From: Tubulanus polymorphus
Taxonomy: Eukaryota > Animalia > Nemertea
Assembly (NCBI RefSeq): GCF_964204645.1
Contig: NC_134025.1
Coordinates: 7,006,001-7,070,000, forward strand
Direction of reading: 5' to 3'
Length of the DNA: 64,000 nt
Positions within the stretch are counted from its first letter, which is position 1, and each line of letters opens with the position of its first letter. The translations under genes and the position numbers were made by a program. The notes under the pieces are model-generated. The model had not been told where the DNA came from. It made no database searches and saw nothing but the letters and a program-made list of their open reading frames with translations. This document shows, one piece after another, positions 43,201 through 58,416 of this stretch.

Positions 43201-46200
43201 GGATATAGGAAACCTGCTAACACACTAAATGTATCAGTTCAAAAAAATGGACAAGATGCAAAAAGGCTGCTTTCTTGGTATTTCATGACACACTCCCATT
43301 TTAATTATGGTACACTAGTATATCACCCGAAGACCATAGTTAGCTTTTCACACCCGAGCACCCCGGGGGTTGAATCCATTGTATCAGACATTTATTGTCA
43401 ATGCTTATAAGATGATATTGATTCTTTTGTGCGCACTTCCCGGAAAAATAAATCAACAACTGTAACAAATGAAAACTGCTGCTGCAAGGTTTGTTTCTCA
43501 ACGTATGACCTAGATCTGATTCAGTTAAATGAATGTAAGCCAATGATTGTAGAAAGAAAATTCAGCAAGAAGAGATCATTCTCTTATTAAGATTTTGAAT
43601 GTTTAACGATGAACGAATAGACTTCAGAGGAAGACATTGAGGATTTCTAGTTTGAATATACATACCATTTGTCTTAGCAAACGGCGTCAATAAGGCCATT
43701 TCTAAATTGCAAGCGATCTCTTGAAATCTGAAATAAGAAATAAACATTTGCACTTTTTGAACTTTGAAAAAAATACCTACAGATTATCAAGAATTCACAT
43801 TCTCTATATCAATGTATAATTATTCAGTACATGACCCTCAGACAATAAAAAATCAATGGAACATAATGCACTTTACTTTCCAGACAAATCAATTTTGACG
43901 AGGATATAAGGTCTTGTGTTGATGGAATTAATTGATGTTTTATGTTCCGTTTTACAAGGTTACTTTCATTGAAGGATCAGCAGAGGTGCAGTGTTCCTGA
44001 GAGTGACCCTATATCATTTACCATTTCCATCATGTAAAAATATCAAAACTTCATGATCTTTTGATGATCAATGTAACCGATATGTTCGCACCTTATTTGA
44101 TAATAAACGGGCAGACTCCATTTGGCAAAGAATGTATTGTAACTCGGATGGGCTCGTAAGCGTTTGACGCTAGCTTGAGATCCACACTGCCTTTCAAATC
44201 GATCAGCGAAATCCATACTGACTAGATATTTCTGTAAATGACAAGATTGACATATTTCTTCAACTTAGTTTTACGAGCACAACAAGAAGTCTTCAGGCTT
44301 TGGCACTGTGGCTATAAATATCATCGCCAAAGAGGCCTGGTTTCCTTTTGCTGATGTTTGTTAATTTTGTGAATTAGCAGTTTTCGTGAATGGAAAATTT
44401 GATTTCTACGGAGTGAAGCCAAAATCATGAGCAATTGAGCAATGTAGGATTCACTCAAATATCTTATGGCTACAAATTAGTTGAATATATTCATTACATT
44501 TTAAGATGTCAGTCACATGTTTAGCACATTTTTCCAGCAATTTGGTGTAGCTATACGCTGCAGCTAAAAACTCAATGCAATTTTGAAATAATGAAAACCT
44601 GCTATTTCTTACATTGTGGAATACATCCGGGTTTCCAGGCGCGAATATAGATGGTGTTCGCGCTTCGATGTTATAAATCACTTCGGGCCATACAGCATTG
44701 ACGAGGAAATCATAACCACGCACGACATCCCCACTACTGTAAACGCAATCAAATTCAAGAATAAAGTAACAACAAATAGTCAACCTGCAGCTCTTGCCTA
44801 ATAATTGGACTTACTTTGAAAATGATCCAGATGTTACTTGTTTCAATGTTTCGCAATGAGTTGGAATGAAATCTAAAATAGCTGCATACATTGCCTCCAA
44901 GCCATGCTGGTTTGACTGGATAAATTCTTCAGTAATTACCTAATAAGAATGAAATGTACTTTCTTATAAAACTCTATAACAACAATACAATAGTTAACCT
45001 TGCTCAATATTCTTTTAGGTATTTAGGTATAGATTGTTTAAAAATGCCACTGGTTGTGAAGCTAAGATATGAATTAGGACAAATGGAGTAATTTCAAATA
45101 CATGATGTATATACCTCTTCCATATAAGGACGGACAGCACATTGACGGAATAGGTTTTCAGCATCCCGAATTTTATCAATTGTTGCATAAGTTCGAAGGC
45201 ACTGACGAAGAATTTCTATCTGACTGGTCTCCAGACCTTCCTTAAATGAACCTTCCAAACTAAATTGCAAAGTCGTCGTTATATTCGAGATGCGCTGTAA
45301 AAAATTAAGATGGCAAAATAGAAAACGCCACTTAGGAATATTTTTTAAGCTTTATGCAACTACTTATTCTAATCTTATTGGTTTCGTATAGTTTAAGTTT
45401 CCGCTCTAAAAAACTGGTCTCTTTATACTATTTATCTAAAGCTTATGCTCTCTTATGAATTGGATCTAATTTTCCGCAAAGTACTCCTTGTATTGTTATG
45501 AAAAGAATTACCGGTTTTATTTCTTGAATAAGGGGTAAATTACGATTTTTGCTCACGTAAAATTGCAACTTATTGAACTCAGTGGCAACGCGTTCCAAAA
45601 GCTGACCACTAAGTTCTCTAAAATGGAATGAAAAATAGAAAAAAATATCTCATGATGAATGTAAAGTATACAGAATAATCAAAATACACATTATTGAATG
45701 AATAACTAATCATCATCAAATATAACAGTAACCAGCACATCCTGGGTTGCAGTTTAAGCATACAACAGTAAGATTTCCGATTGATATTTCATGTTATTTC
45801 AAATTATTCAATCATTATTTATTTCAATATGAGCTATTTAGGTCGATCAAGAATCAATGAAAACCTTGTTAATGTTGACTTTTAAATTCCCATTCAAATC
45901 ATTAGCTGAATATCAGGAAAAGGACACAAAGGTTACACATGTGGATGGTTATTGCAATTTTTCATCAGATTAGAAAAAGTAACAATAAGAATCTTTTTTC
46001 GCAATTATCAATAAAACATACCCAGTATAATGAGTTACTCCTTCTAGTTGTTGAATACCCAATAAAAGCTCAATTTTATCGACCGACTTGATAATGTTCA
46101 TCAACTGCTGCAAACAAGCCTGAAAAGAAATGGATAGATTACATACAGTGCCACGAGCATTGAATAAATTGCAATAGGTTTTTACCAATGCAAGGCTGCA

Positions 46201-47612
46201 AGCAGAACTAGGTGTGATTGTGACACGTTAACATCATTTCACTTCAACAAAAAACAACAAAATAGAAAGTGCTGACCTTTTGTTTAATGATAGAATTTTT
46301 CTTGTTGATCTTTTCTTGAGTTTCATTTACAGCTTCGGCAATCGACGTTCGAACTTTCTGTAATAATGTATTTAAATGATCAGCTTCGACGTTTCTTCGT
46401 TCGTGTCTGTCTGGGATCAAACGACCGGGCCAGACAAATGACAAACGAATAATTGTAAGATTTTTACTAAATCAAAGAGAACTAGAAAGAATATGTCTGA
46501 TTGCTACACGCTTAGGCATACAAGGCTTGTCGCAAAAACAATAATTTCGTCTGCAATAAGTAAGCTTCCTGTTTGAGTTTTCATAAAGCACAGCAATCAA
46601 CTGTATTCTAGTAGTGTAAGTAGGTTTAAAAATCATGACCGAAAATGAATCATCATACATAATTAGTTCATAAACGACTGGTATCTACCATAATTTGTTC
46701 TTTAAGTTGATCTAAGGGAGCTGTTAAATTCTTAATAGCTTTATCCATTCCAACCTGAAAAACGGAATGAATTCAGAATTCAATACTACACTGGCTTAAC
46801 AGCAATACCAAAGGAAAAACTGAACTCAAATACACCAAAGATCTCTCCAGACAATGTCAAAGATCCATAAATTGAAATCTTGTCTACCGGGGTATCATGA
46901 AGATTTCCAACCTTGTCTTTCTTCCATACGTCACTTACCAAATTTGTTGAAAGATTGACAAAGTCTGCATAATCTTTGTTGATTAATTCGATCATAGCAC
47001 TTTTTAGCGTAACTAGGTACAAATGCAAGTCTTCCCTCAGCGTTTCTAATTGAACCTTGTGTCGACATGTTGTCACAAAATGATCCACATCAAAATCATC
47101 CTGATAGTAAGAAAAAACAGGATTCAAAACTGTATTTTACCTTAACTGTTCAAGTGTTCTGCCCTGTCAAGGTTATATCTGGAGTAGTCTTTTTTCCACA
47201 AACATGAGAAATCTCATTGATAGATAATTTGATAAACATTCGTAGAAAGGGTATGCTACAGTAGTTACAGTATGATAAACTGGTACCGGTATCATTTAGG
47301 ATACAAATAAGTATATCAAATTATGTTCTCTCAGTTCACAGGACTGTGAAGTTACATTTATTTTGTCTTTCGAATTGTTTGAAACACATCTGATCTCACA
47401 TTGTAGGCATCTGAGTAGAATTTCTCGATAGAATTACTCTACTACGATTAGACAGAAGCTAAAAAACGTATGAAAGGTACTGTGGCAAGTGTTCTTATGT
47501 GTCAAACGGATTTACTTCCGGGTTTTAATTCTACCTTCATGAAGTCGTCAGGATCGAAACAGAGCGCTGACCCACACGCTATAGGAATCATATTATCATC
47601 TGCAGTCATCAT
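40288..47612 (-). CDS. COG2: Conserved oligomeric Golgi complex subunit 2, multi-exon
   Basis: MMTADD..ALCFDPDDFMK|DDFDVDHFVTTCRHKVQLETLREDL..SAMIELINKDYADFVNLSTNL, ERVATEFNKLQF, GYDFLVNAVWPE..PSIFAPGNPDVFH, KWSLPVYYQI|RFQEIA, DIPRLYRRTNRE|VPTK, VLTSVRKMEDSLKRLK, GMTDDDKIRTQF. The last exon ends in TGA at 40288. Not every internal junction was verified. Confidence 0.94.
42572..42790. mobile_element. PIF/Harbinger-type MITE (219 bp) in a COG2 intron
   Basis: TIR GGCTAAAATATAATGATACCTCGTTTC / GAAACAAGGTATCAATTTTTTTAGCC, with TAA on both flanks (42569-71 and 42791-93). Confidence 0.75.
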
Positions 47613-50600
47613 TCTATGATTTATCCGTCTATTTATCAGTTTATGCAACGATTAAGCCAGAAATTTGCGAAATATTAGTAGTTTGTTAATGCCACTGTGG
47701 CACACTCCGCCATCTTTGCCGGTCTTTAATCGCAGCACGGTGATTGGTTGATTTCCTAGGCACACTTGCCAGTGATAGCTCTTAGTCCAACGAGTCGTTG
47801 TCCGCAAAATAGGGTCTGTTGTGCAAACCGGATTGTGATGGCAAACTCGCAGGACCCGTTCGTTTTTGGCCACGGAGATTTGGAAATAAGACCAATTTTT
47901 GATTTTGTAGTTCATTTAGCCTTTTACAACATCAGTCGTTACCGTAGAACTTATAGAGCCAGTACCAGATAATTAACCAAACCAAGGTACCGAGAAGGCC
48001 ACAAAATATATAATTTAGTTTATATCGGGATGGTGAGAAAATGGTGATGTAAATCATAACACCACACTCAGGCATCAAACTTTCATGCAAGCGGTTGAGT
48101 CCGGTCCGTCTTTGTTCGGCAATTAAAATTATCGTTGAGAATAATTGCCTTATTCATCTTTCCGGAAAGGATGTCAAAATTGTTGACGAAGGTTTGGAGC
48201 CGCATGAACCTTAATAATGGCCTCGGAGTCTTTGCCATCAGAGCAAGTCCGACTGGGGTGGTGTTCTCATAAGATACCCACCGATCTCGGCCATTTCAGG
48301 TATCATCAGTATTCTGTGAAAAAGTCACGGCTAGATGGCTCTCGATCCGCCGTGGGAATAAATTATGCTAACTTCCACGGGTAATCTATGAATGAATATG
48401 GTTCGGTTGGACTAATGAATGATGCTGGGGCGATATATACATGCATGCAACGCGACAGTCAATCTAAGAGTGGCAGACTAGGGATGAAGCGACACGGCGG
48501 ATATCATTGATAAATATGCGCGGTCCCATTTACTGAATGAGATCCAAGTTTTATTATCAACGGATATGAACTCGTCACTGATTCCGAGCGGAACAATATC
48601 ATCAATGGGCGAATCGAAAACACAAAGAGCTAGCATCGTTTTACAGTTTGAATGAAATGTATCAGGGATCGATACTCAGCAGTGCCTTTGTCGCATAACG
48701 ACTCGCTGCAGCTCGCTCCCTGTCTCCGATAATGTTACAGCACACATCGAGAGCGACTAGATGAATCCGCAACCAGGTGTGCTAGTACTAAGACCAATCC
48801 TTGAATGACGCAGTAGTGTAACAAACACTGGCGGCTATACACGATCTATCGGCGAACTCTAAATAATTTAGATGCATGTACATCGGGATAGAGAACCGAT
48901 ATAATCATGAATCGACACTGCCTCCGTCAGTTTCTACAGTAGATCTTTAAAACAATTTTTTTGGGGGGAGGGGCAAAAATTTGAAACCTCTCTTATTCTG
49001 CCTGATGGCAAAAATGTATGACTACCAAAGTGGGGAACACTCCTTTCGACCATTATTTATCCTGTATCAGGGCTGGTCATGATGATGGTCAGTAATATAC
49101 CGCTCATCTCGCAGCGAACACGACCCAATTCAAAAATGATGCTTATCGATTTAACTACATGAACAGTGTTGTGCATCAATTTCATTTCATTATGGTTCAA
49201 ACGAATCTTAATAGTAAATTGAATATTCATCGGGTATTTTTGTGCAAGAAAACGTAGCAAATCCTAAAGATATGAATTCAGAATGATCCATCCGCATAGA
49301 GGTGAGGCTGCGCCAGTTAATGCCGTATTGATTTATCCGATTTATCGATTTTTTACCAGTAGAAGATACGCTCAGTTGACAGCCAGTTAGTTCTCCAAGC
49401 GACGACATCAGTCCACAAAAAACCAGCAAAAACGAATCGTATTTTTTTTGTATAAATCATTATTTCTTTTCTTTAAAATGAATGAAATGACAACATATTC
49501 GCTCAATATAAAAGTATTCACATATGTATGTTAGCACATATTATTTATTTTAACATTGTACCACACCTTTCTTTAATAAATATTCTTATCGACGTCATCA
49601 ACAGGCCTTTTGAAGAAGCCTGATATTAATTGTATGTTTTTTTTTCTTTAAGAAAAAAAGGTGCTCAATTACACTGGGAATTAAACCATTCAAACCTAAC
49701 ACTATAGGTAGTCACATACACTCTACAAAGCTTATGCTCTCACCAGTTAACTGACAGTTTGCGTAGAGATTGTGTACAAGCATTATCATAATCATCATCA
49801 CCATTAATCATCATCATCATCATCACCATCGTTTTAATTTTTTACAAACAAGGGTAAAATTTATAAAGACATAACAGAGGTCGCACTGCAATATGTACAG
49901 GTATTATAGTAGTCATGCGCTGTTAAAAAGCTTCAGTGAATGATTCTTCTATCGGAACGAAATCTTTATATTCGGGGTCCAGCAACCCAGCTCACTCTGT
50001 TTTATAGTCAGTTGCTAGAGGACTGGTCTCCTTTGAAATAATAACACGCGTATCTCTTTTCTTATTTACAAAACAAATAATACACAGAAATGTTATTCTT
50101 TCGGGGCAGAACGTTACTTATAACATGACACATGTTGAGAACTATGTTGAATGTTTCATTTAAGTAAGAAATTCGCATCCCACAACAAATGCTATTTCAG
50201 TACCGAGTGTTAGATCAATGCCAAAAACTTTCACAAACGCGCGATTGAAATTAAATTCAGCATCAAAGTGAAAAAATATTTCGTGTTGATATTGACTTTT
50301 ACTTGCGTTGCATTATCCAAAGTGACGCAAAAATAGTAACGCAAGAATCCTCTATTCGTTGCTAGTTGCTGAATGAATGCGACTTACTTAACGACATCTG
50401 ATTTAGAATTCGGAGAATATTATTACAATATCATCGGCAAAGACACTGGTTGTGAGATATTTCGAAAAATTAATAAGACAAAAGTGAAATCAATATACTG
50501 TCTACCTTACACCGGAATATTTTGCTATGTAAACATATTGCTGTTTGGTCTATATAGATAGATGTTGGTACATCAATACGAATGAAGTGAGGCTGACAAA

Positions 50601-53600
50601 AACTCGGTGACTGATTTTATGTTGGTAAATGGCACACGCAAAGCAACTTAAACCTCCAGAGATATTGCATAGCACAATTATAACTCGAGTTGTCCAACAT
50701 GAATATCTTAATAATTTGTTTAATATTATCTATATACGATCATAAAAATATCATTCTTTCTGTTATTTATTTATTCATTTTTATCTTATAACGTATCATT
50801 ATCATTTTTATTATTATTATCATTATTATTATCATTATATACTTGATTGAAAAACGACAGTACTCCCGCGCGTGTCGGCATTGAGACTACCTGTTGAACT
50901 TATATACAAGAGGTGTGTACAAAATTTGGCATTCATAATCACATGACTACACACTTATTAAACAATTTACTAATCAATTAGCACCTATAAAGTCAAAGTA
51001 AAAAATGACGCTACAGGTACCGGTAATAATAATAATTATAATTGGAATCATGATGAAAATAAAGCGTGTAGTTTTAGTTATCATTCCTTGATGAAAAGTA
51101 ACTAATGCACATCGCAATAACATATCAGTACACATGTAAGCAGCACAGTAAAAACGAAGCAATTCTTTTATACCAATACTTAACAAAATAATTCCATTTG
51201 TACCCCAATGAAAATCATAACCAAATAGGCCTGAATCGGATTTGACATCGGAGAGCATCTGTACTAACGACGTTCAGATTTTTAGTACATCATCAGGTCG
51301 CTGTAAAACCGAAATAGCAAGGACACAAAATGAACGAAAATGAAATGCCTTACTGTTTAGATCAATACAAACTATGAATAAAGTTGACTAATATGTCCAA
51401 GATCATTGCCGATTCCAAATAAGGAAATGTTCAGAAATTTCATCTCGCTACCACTCATAAACCGTCAATGTCAATTCATAATCAAAATGTCGGTAGACCA
51501 AACAAACCCACGATCAACGGATTTAGACTGTGAAAGAAAGTATTAGCTCTGTCTTTGAAATTACTAACACCCTTCCCTACGTATCATTTATAATCAGTAG
51601 ATCAAGATACCTGGAAATACAACGTGGTGGTTTCTATAACACGGCTCTGCGGTTACATGAGTGAAACAGTCAACTTTTGGGAACTGAGTTTCCAAGAAAC
51701 AGCAGCGGCGGCAATCAGAAGTCATTTAATCTACCAATCTACCGAAGAAGAACCGGAAAAATATTTATATATACGTATACAACAGCCGTGAAAATAAAAG
51801 AGGCACACCACGTTTAAGTGCTATATTGCATCACAAGATGGTTGTTCGCCAGCCAAGCTTGAGAAGACTTCATTCATGTATTGATTGCATACATTAGCCA
51901 GTGAACAGTACAGAGATCTCTAAGCAGTGAAAGTGCTCTCTCTCTCTCTCTCTCTCTGTTTTTCATACAGAGCTCTCCGATGATGGTTCCGTGTATACAC
52001 AGCCGATACATTTTCACCTTATTATTAAGCGATGGGAAAAGACTTGTATCCACCATGCATAATTCTGAATTCAAGTGTCAACGACGAAAACTTACATCAA
52101 ATTATTCTGAGCTTCAAAAATGCTATCAGAACTAATGAACGAAATATAATAATTTTGATTTCACTTCGGAGAGGAAATTCATTTGTTAGGAACCTGTTGA
52201 GGCAAAGTTCATCGTATGGCTACTTGAACTAAATAGATGTGTTATCATGAATGAATTACGACTTACGACTTTCGTAATGAATGTACGAAATGATAGGAGC
52301 ATCCCCTATCTCATGTAAACAAATTCATAGGTGAAGCTCGTGGTCAATACTGTGAAATCTTTCAAACAATTCAAACTATCAAAAATTGAGTTGCGTAATA
52401 GAGATTTATGAATTCTCTATGTCCTACATGTACTACTGATATCTATTCTTGTGCTGCAACAACGGCAAAAAGATTTGATTAACCTAACGCAATACATGTT
52501 AAAGAGCTAAGGTGTTATGATCATGATTTAAACACTGCTGAATGGTTTTCTAATATATAAAAGGCATCATTTTACATATACATGCATAAGTATGCATTAC
52601 CTTTAAATATCATCATTTAAGAGACATACAAAATGTACACATACCATAAAAACAAATAAAAACCAAATCAACATAATAATAATAATAATAATAATAATAA
52701 TAGTTGTATCATCGTCGTTGTTGAATGAAGCCACCCCCCCCCCCCCCGCTTTAGCCAGTTAATTCCTGTTGATAAAAGTAAGAAACAAATCTAAATAGTA
52801 TAAGGATATATCATATTAAGTACTACAATGTTCAACTCATTTTCACCGGTTAAACTTGACAAATAATGGTTTTGTTTGAATAGTAATCAATCATTTGAAT
52901 ATTGATACCACATCATCTTAATAATCCAAGGGGCGGGGGGGGGGGGGGGGCGATTTATGAATTCTCGGAAACTGTCTTTAATCACGATGAACTTGTTAGG
53001 TTCTTCATCAAACCAAGAGGAAAACAACAAGTTTATCGTGTACCGGTAGGATTGAGGCGATAAGTGCACTGATGTCAAGGGTAAACCTGGGCCGACTTTG
53101 AGGGAACAGGTTATTTACGCTGTCGTGGGCCTCATCCGCCCAAAAGACAATACAGAAATCACTGAACGCTACACAAAAATGCCGACAAAAAGAAAATCCA
53201 TAAACAATGACTTATCATTATTGATACAATGAACTGATGATAGTTTTCCTCCCCTGAATTAAAGATAGACAGCTATACATTGTTACACAGTTAATTTGGC
53301 ACGATTCATATACGGATAGGTCAGAGTTTAGAAGCAGTGGTAGAAAAGGAAAAAATTTGAAAAAAAAAAGAAGAAACGTTGTTCTTATTTACACAAGCAC
53401 TTAGAGATTTAACGATTTAATGAATGACGGATGCAGGATGCGTATCTGTTCCGAAGAAAAAAACAAACAACGATGACCGCGAGGCTCTATATTGTCAGGT
53501 GAAAGATTTAGAAAACGAATTCAGTCTGGTTAATGATGAATAATGCCAAAATGCCAGTTCCAAAATGGATGCTTAAAAATTTGGCATTTCCTGAAATCCA

Positions 53601-55145
53601 ATTGTGCTCAAACATATGCCAATCAAGAATTCGAAATCGGACCAAACTCAACGTTCATACGGTAAGAAATATTGTCGACAGCTTTGCGTGCATTTACCTA
53701 GTATTTGTCTATACAACAAGCGTTCATCCATCACAGGATTCTGAATTCGATTTATGACAGTACATGTATAAAAAAGGCAGACACCAAAAAAAATTCCATT
53801 GTTATTTTGTACCATTAATATTATCATTAATCGGAAACTACTTTCAATTAATAATATCAATAATAATTAATAGTAGTAGTTTTTTCAATAATTAATGATA
53901 TATCATTATTAACCGCTTATTATTTTTTCGTTTTGTACAATTTGACGACGTCATGTAAATGCCAAAGCCATACACTGATTAAAAATACTATGGTAGTCTG
54001 ACAGCCCGGGGAAGCTACAGAACATTCACGCATATGCATCGGGCAGGCACTCAGTCACTGATGCAGTCCTCCATCATATCATCAGAAATATATATATATA
54101 TACATATACATATATATATATATATTTTTTTCACACACATACTCACACATAAGTGCAATGGGATTGTTTAGAAAAGAGCACTCCATTTAAGGTATGTACA
54201 AAGTTCGCGTGTGGCCTGTTGTCTTCAATTAATTCATCAATGCTATAATTAATTTCATATATATTATTAAACATATTTTTCTTTTTAAAATCTTAAAATT
54301 GATTTAAGCTCTACCTCGAATTGACTATGGGTACACTAACTTCACAGTTACTCATTGCGTACATAGTACATTCAATCTATCTATACTGTATATATAAATT
54401 AAATCCTCATATATCTATATATATTTTCATTTCATTCCTCTGAATATATGATATTTTCCCATTATAATTATTTTTTGAAAAAGAAACCACCAATGTTTTA
54501 TTTCTTTAGAAATTCTAAGTATGTAATACATTTTTTTAGAGTTGCTTCTTCCATTACTAGGCAACAGACCACACAAACACGATAAGAGTGACACATTTTT
54601 TTCAATTTCAGAAAATTGGCTCACTTGGCGCTATTTAAAAACTGTTATTTCACCGAGAGCTATACTTACACATCAACCCTTATTAGAAATAATGATAATG
54701 TACAGATCCCTTCCTTTTTAATGTGGTTAACTGACACATGGTACACAATTTCATTTGTTCGCCACTGTAGCCAAAACCTCGGGCATTTTATTCACTAAAG
54801 CCAGCCATGCACAACGAGCTCGATCTCCGTATTATTACAGAGAAAATTAAGTTAAATGGCACCAACACTTAAAATGAATACCCAGTGACTTCGAAACAAA
54901 TAATTGAACCAAATTTACGGTCTGTTTTAGATACAAATTTTGATTCATTCTTTTTCAAAAGAAAGAAAAAACATGTTAACAACACGTATGCATGGCTAAC
55001 CTCGCTCAATCTTCACTCCTTACTACAACTTGTTCACAACCACCTGAACGCAGGGGTTATTCACTTTCACTGGGGTAAAATTTTTCAACCGAACACACCA
55101 GCGAACAATCAGTTGCAGCTGTCTGAATTGAGTAAATCACCGCGC

Positions 55146-55189
55146 CGGCCTACCAGACGGGAGCATCGGCCTACCAGACGGGAGCATCG
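55146..55189. repeat. Perfect 21-bp tandem duplication in the SPRED 3' UTR
   Basis: CGGCCTACCAGACGGGAGCAT twice. Confidence 0.95.
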
Positions 55190-55414
55190 TTCTAAAACAC
55201 TCTTGTGGAGATAGCTACAAGTACGCGCAACAAATAGATATCAAGCTGACCAATAACATGTTTTCTTCGCATACACGCACTGCTGGATCAATAGATCATC
55301 ATCGCGTCCTGACCCTTACGACCTCCAACCAGACCACCATACATATTTCACTAGACACGTTTCTTTGAAATCGTTATAATAATAATCATATGCCATTACA
55401 TTCTTTTTCTAGAA

Positions 55415-58357
55415 TTAGGCCGCTTTGTGCCGGCCACCACAGCAGCCACATGCAACACCACAACGATGGCATGCCGTTAGTGGCCAATAGCACCACAGAC
55501 AGGGAACGATAAAGGACAATATAGTCAGTGCTGTCCATTTCTTACAGTTTGATTCGTCCGAAGAGTCGCATACACAAGGATGTCCATAGTCACCGTCGGC
55601 ATCAGCCATGCAGTGATACAGCATAGCTCGCGCACAGCATATGCATGATACGCGTTCAATAACGTCGTGCATCTTATCCGGCGCGTCTTCGCATAATCCA
55701 CGAGACGTTTCAGACGACACTGAAAACATTTTCTGACAGTACGCGCAGCGCGCGTGCTTTTTCGTCAAAAGGTACTTCGATTGTTTGTCGGCTTTATGGT
55801 GTTTACTGTCCTTATCCTTACGCGGCCTTGGCTTTCTGAGTGGCAATGGAGGATGTAGAGTCTCTATTTGTGTTTTCTTTATTGAACTACTACTGTCCCG
55901 CCGCGAAGCGGGTTTAGTGATCGAGTCCATGGAAGGATAGCTGTAGTCATTGTTAGATGATGGCCGAGTTTTAGTGTCAAATGTCACATAGCAATCGGTC
56001 GCCCGATTATCGATTTCATCTGATTGGGTTTTATCTGATGATTTTGGCCACATATTATCCTCCTTACTTTCGCTACTAATTGATTTGCCGTTTTCACTGC
56101 TCGGTGATTGTTTCATCACATTTGTAGAGTTCCGATTGGGCGTAAATGTTATCCAGTGTAGATGGGGTGGACGAGAGATAAATGGTCCGTAAGGTTCCTG
56201 CATAACTCCATGAATCGAAACAGCAGGCGATTGCGGTGTTGGTGAACTTGTCGTCGTACTGGTTGTACTATTCGACTGGCTACTCGAATCCTTCCTACCT
56301 AGAGGCAAATCCAACTGCTGCAAAATAAAAGAACGAAAAACTTCTTAAGTGATTTATCTTCAAAAGTTATTATCAAGAGATACCGGTACCCCCTAAAATG
56401 TCTTTCAAAATCATATGAAAATGTCTTTTGAGGGATTAATGAATTTGCCTGGAAATCATAAGTGCACATTAACATCTGGATAAAAACTGTAGCAATAACA
56501 GCGATAGATCTCAAAATCTTTGAAATGGTTCCTGGGAGAAAGACAACTAGATAATATCAATAATTATGTAGGGCAATAACAATGCTTAGAATAGTAACCC
56601 CTGCTTATCACAGCTAGTCATTCAGTTCAATTCTTGGCAACATAAATGAATGGTTACACAATCTAATCATATATCATCATTGAAAAAATGGTTTGAAAGC
56701 TTAATACCTAATGTTTTTGAAGCAAATGTTTTTTCTTATTCTGCTGCAATATACTTACCACAAAAACATCATCCTCTCCTTCTCCCATATCGAGGTCTGG
56801 CTGTTGACTCGATTCAGGCGATCCTATAAAATATATATATTTAAAAAAAATATTAGATATGAATGCAGGTTGAACCTGAAAGCATAGGGAGGGAAAGGGG
56901 TTAATTACCGATCTGGCATTGCTGACTATGTTAGGCACACTACAAACAAAAATATCTAGAACAAGACTACTGATATATATCTATGACCTCAATATAGGAA
57001 GATAGTGTCAGCCACATGTTGACGTTTTTATGCAACTTTTTGTCTGTCAAATCGTTGGCTGTGCCAACATTCTGGAAGTCACGGTTAGCTCCACCAGTCA
57101 TTGGCCTTATCACTTCCATCACAAACAAGTCATCAAAATCAATGCATGTGCATACTGTTTAGATGACGTGCAACCGAGCATTTCATGCATGACTGAAAAT
57201 CATTTCATTTTCCAAGCTGCAGATGATACTCTACAGGTAATGATTGTTGATGCAATGCAACTGTTGTTAATCCATCTTCTATTTAGAATAACAGGTGCCA
57301 TTATGTTCTGACAACAAGTCTTTTTTTCTGGGATGAGGAAACCATTTTTATACTGGGGTGGGGAACAGATGTAGCACATATTAATCGAGAATACAAAAAG
57401 GCATAGGTTCTAAGTTTAAGGGCACGAACAGCTCATTAGAGGAATTCCCTTGGGATTCCTTCTCTATTTGGAATCTCCAGGGATTCCCCACATTGGCATC
57501 ACAATCAAACAATTACAATGTATGTGTTACGTTATAAATTTTGTGAGTTTTTGCTTGCTTTAGAGTTTGCAATAGAGTAGTGATATAAATGTTTCCGAAC
57601 TAGTAAAACAAAAGGCTATACTAGGTAACAACGCAGTTATCATGGTTACACTTAGCGTCACCTAAGTTTCTGCCTTGTTCGCACTAAAACGATTCTATAA
57701 GGATCAAGTCATTAGGTTAATAAAAAATTCAATAAAAAGATTGGACGAAATTGACATAAGATATCTATATGCACATAACGCAGGAGTTAATGCACATGGT
57801 GAACTAGGTTGACTGCGACTGAATGGGAATGGAACAAGCCACCACTGTTCAATAAGTACACCAATATGAAATCAGATCATCACCAGCACGCATTCATTCA
57901 TTCATTCATTCATCAGTAGTTGCTGCAGCAATGACACAATGAAGGTTATATCTTCGGTAGCGTTAGCATGTATACAGTTTATACATATGAAAACCACACA
58001 GCACCGACGCGATATAAAATGACAACATACTGGCTCCCAAGCGCTGGCATCATCTATACACATACTCCAACACGGCCACCACCATGTACATTTTCTTATT
58101 ACAGTTCAAAGCTAGCTGAACGGATGGATATTGATCGACGGGCGATGCGTGGGTGGATGGTATGATATCCAAGCGCTGTAGCTAGCCACCAAGAAGGCTG
58201 AGCCTACCCAGCTAGCTCACAGGATAGACTATCAATGAATATTCAATCATCCACCGTTCATAATAATTATCTTCTTAGAGCCAGCATTGGCCTACTTGCA
58301 TATTTTATGCGAGATGATGTGATGTTGATCAGGAAAGGGAGTGTATTGATGTTGGTT

Positions 58358-58416
<59 letters not shown>

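Noticed and set aside
55146-55189. CRISPR-like direct repeats
   Set aside because: Only two adjacent copies with no spacer, in a eukaryotic UTR with no cas genes.
57431-57490. Imperfect hairpin of GGAATTCC/GGATTCC units in a SPRED intron
   Set aside because: Short and low-complexity, with no convincing TIR/TSD or miRNA-like stem.
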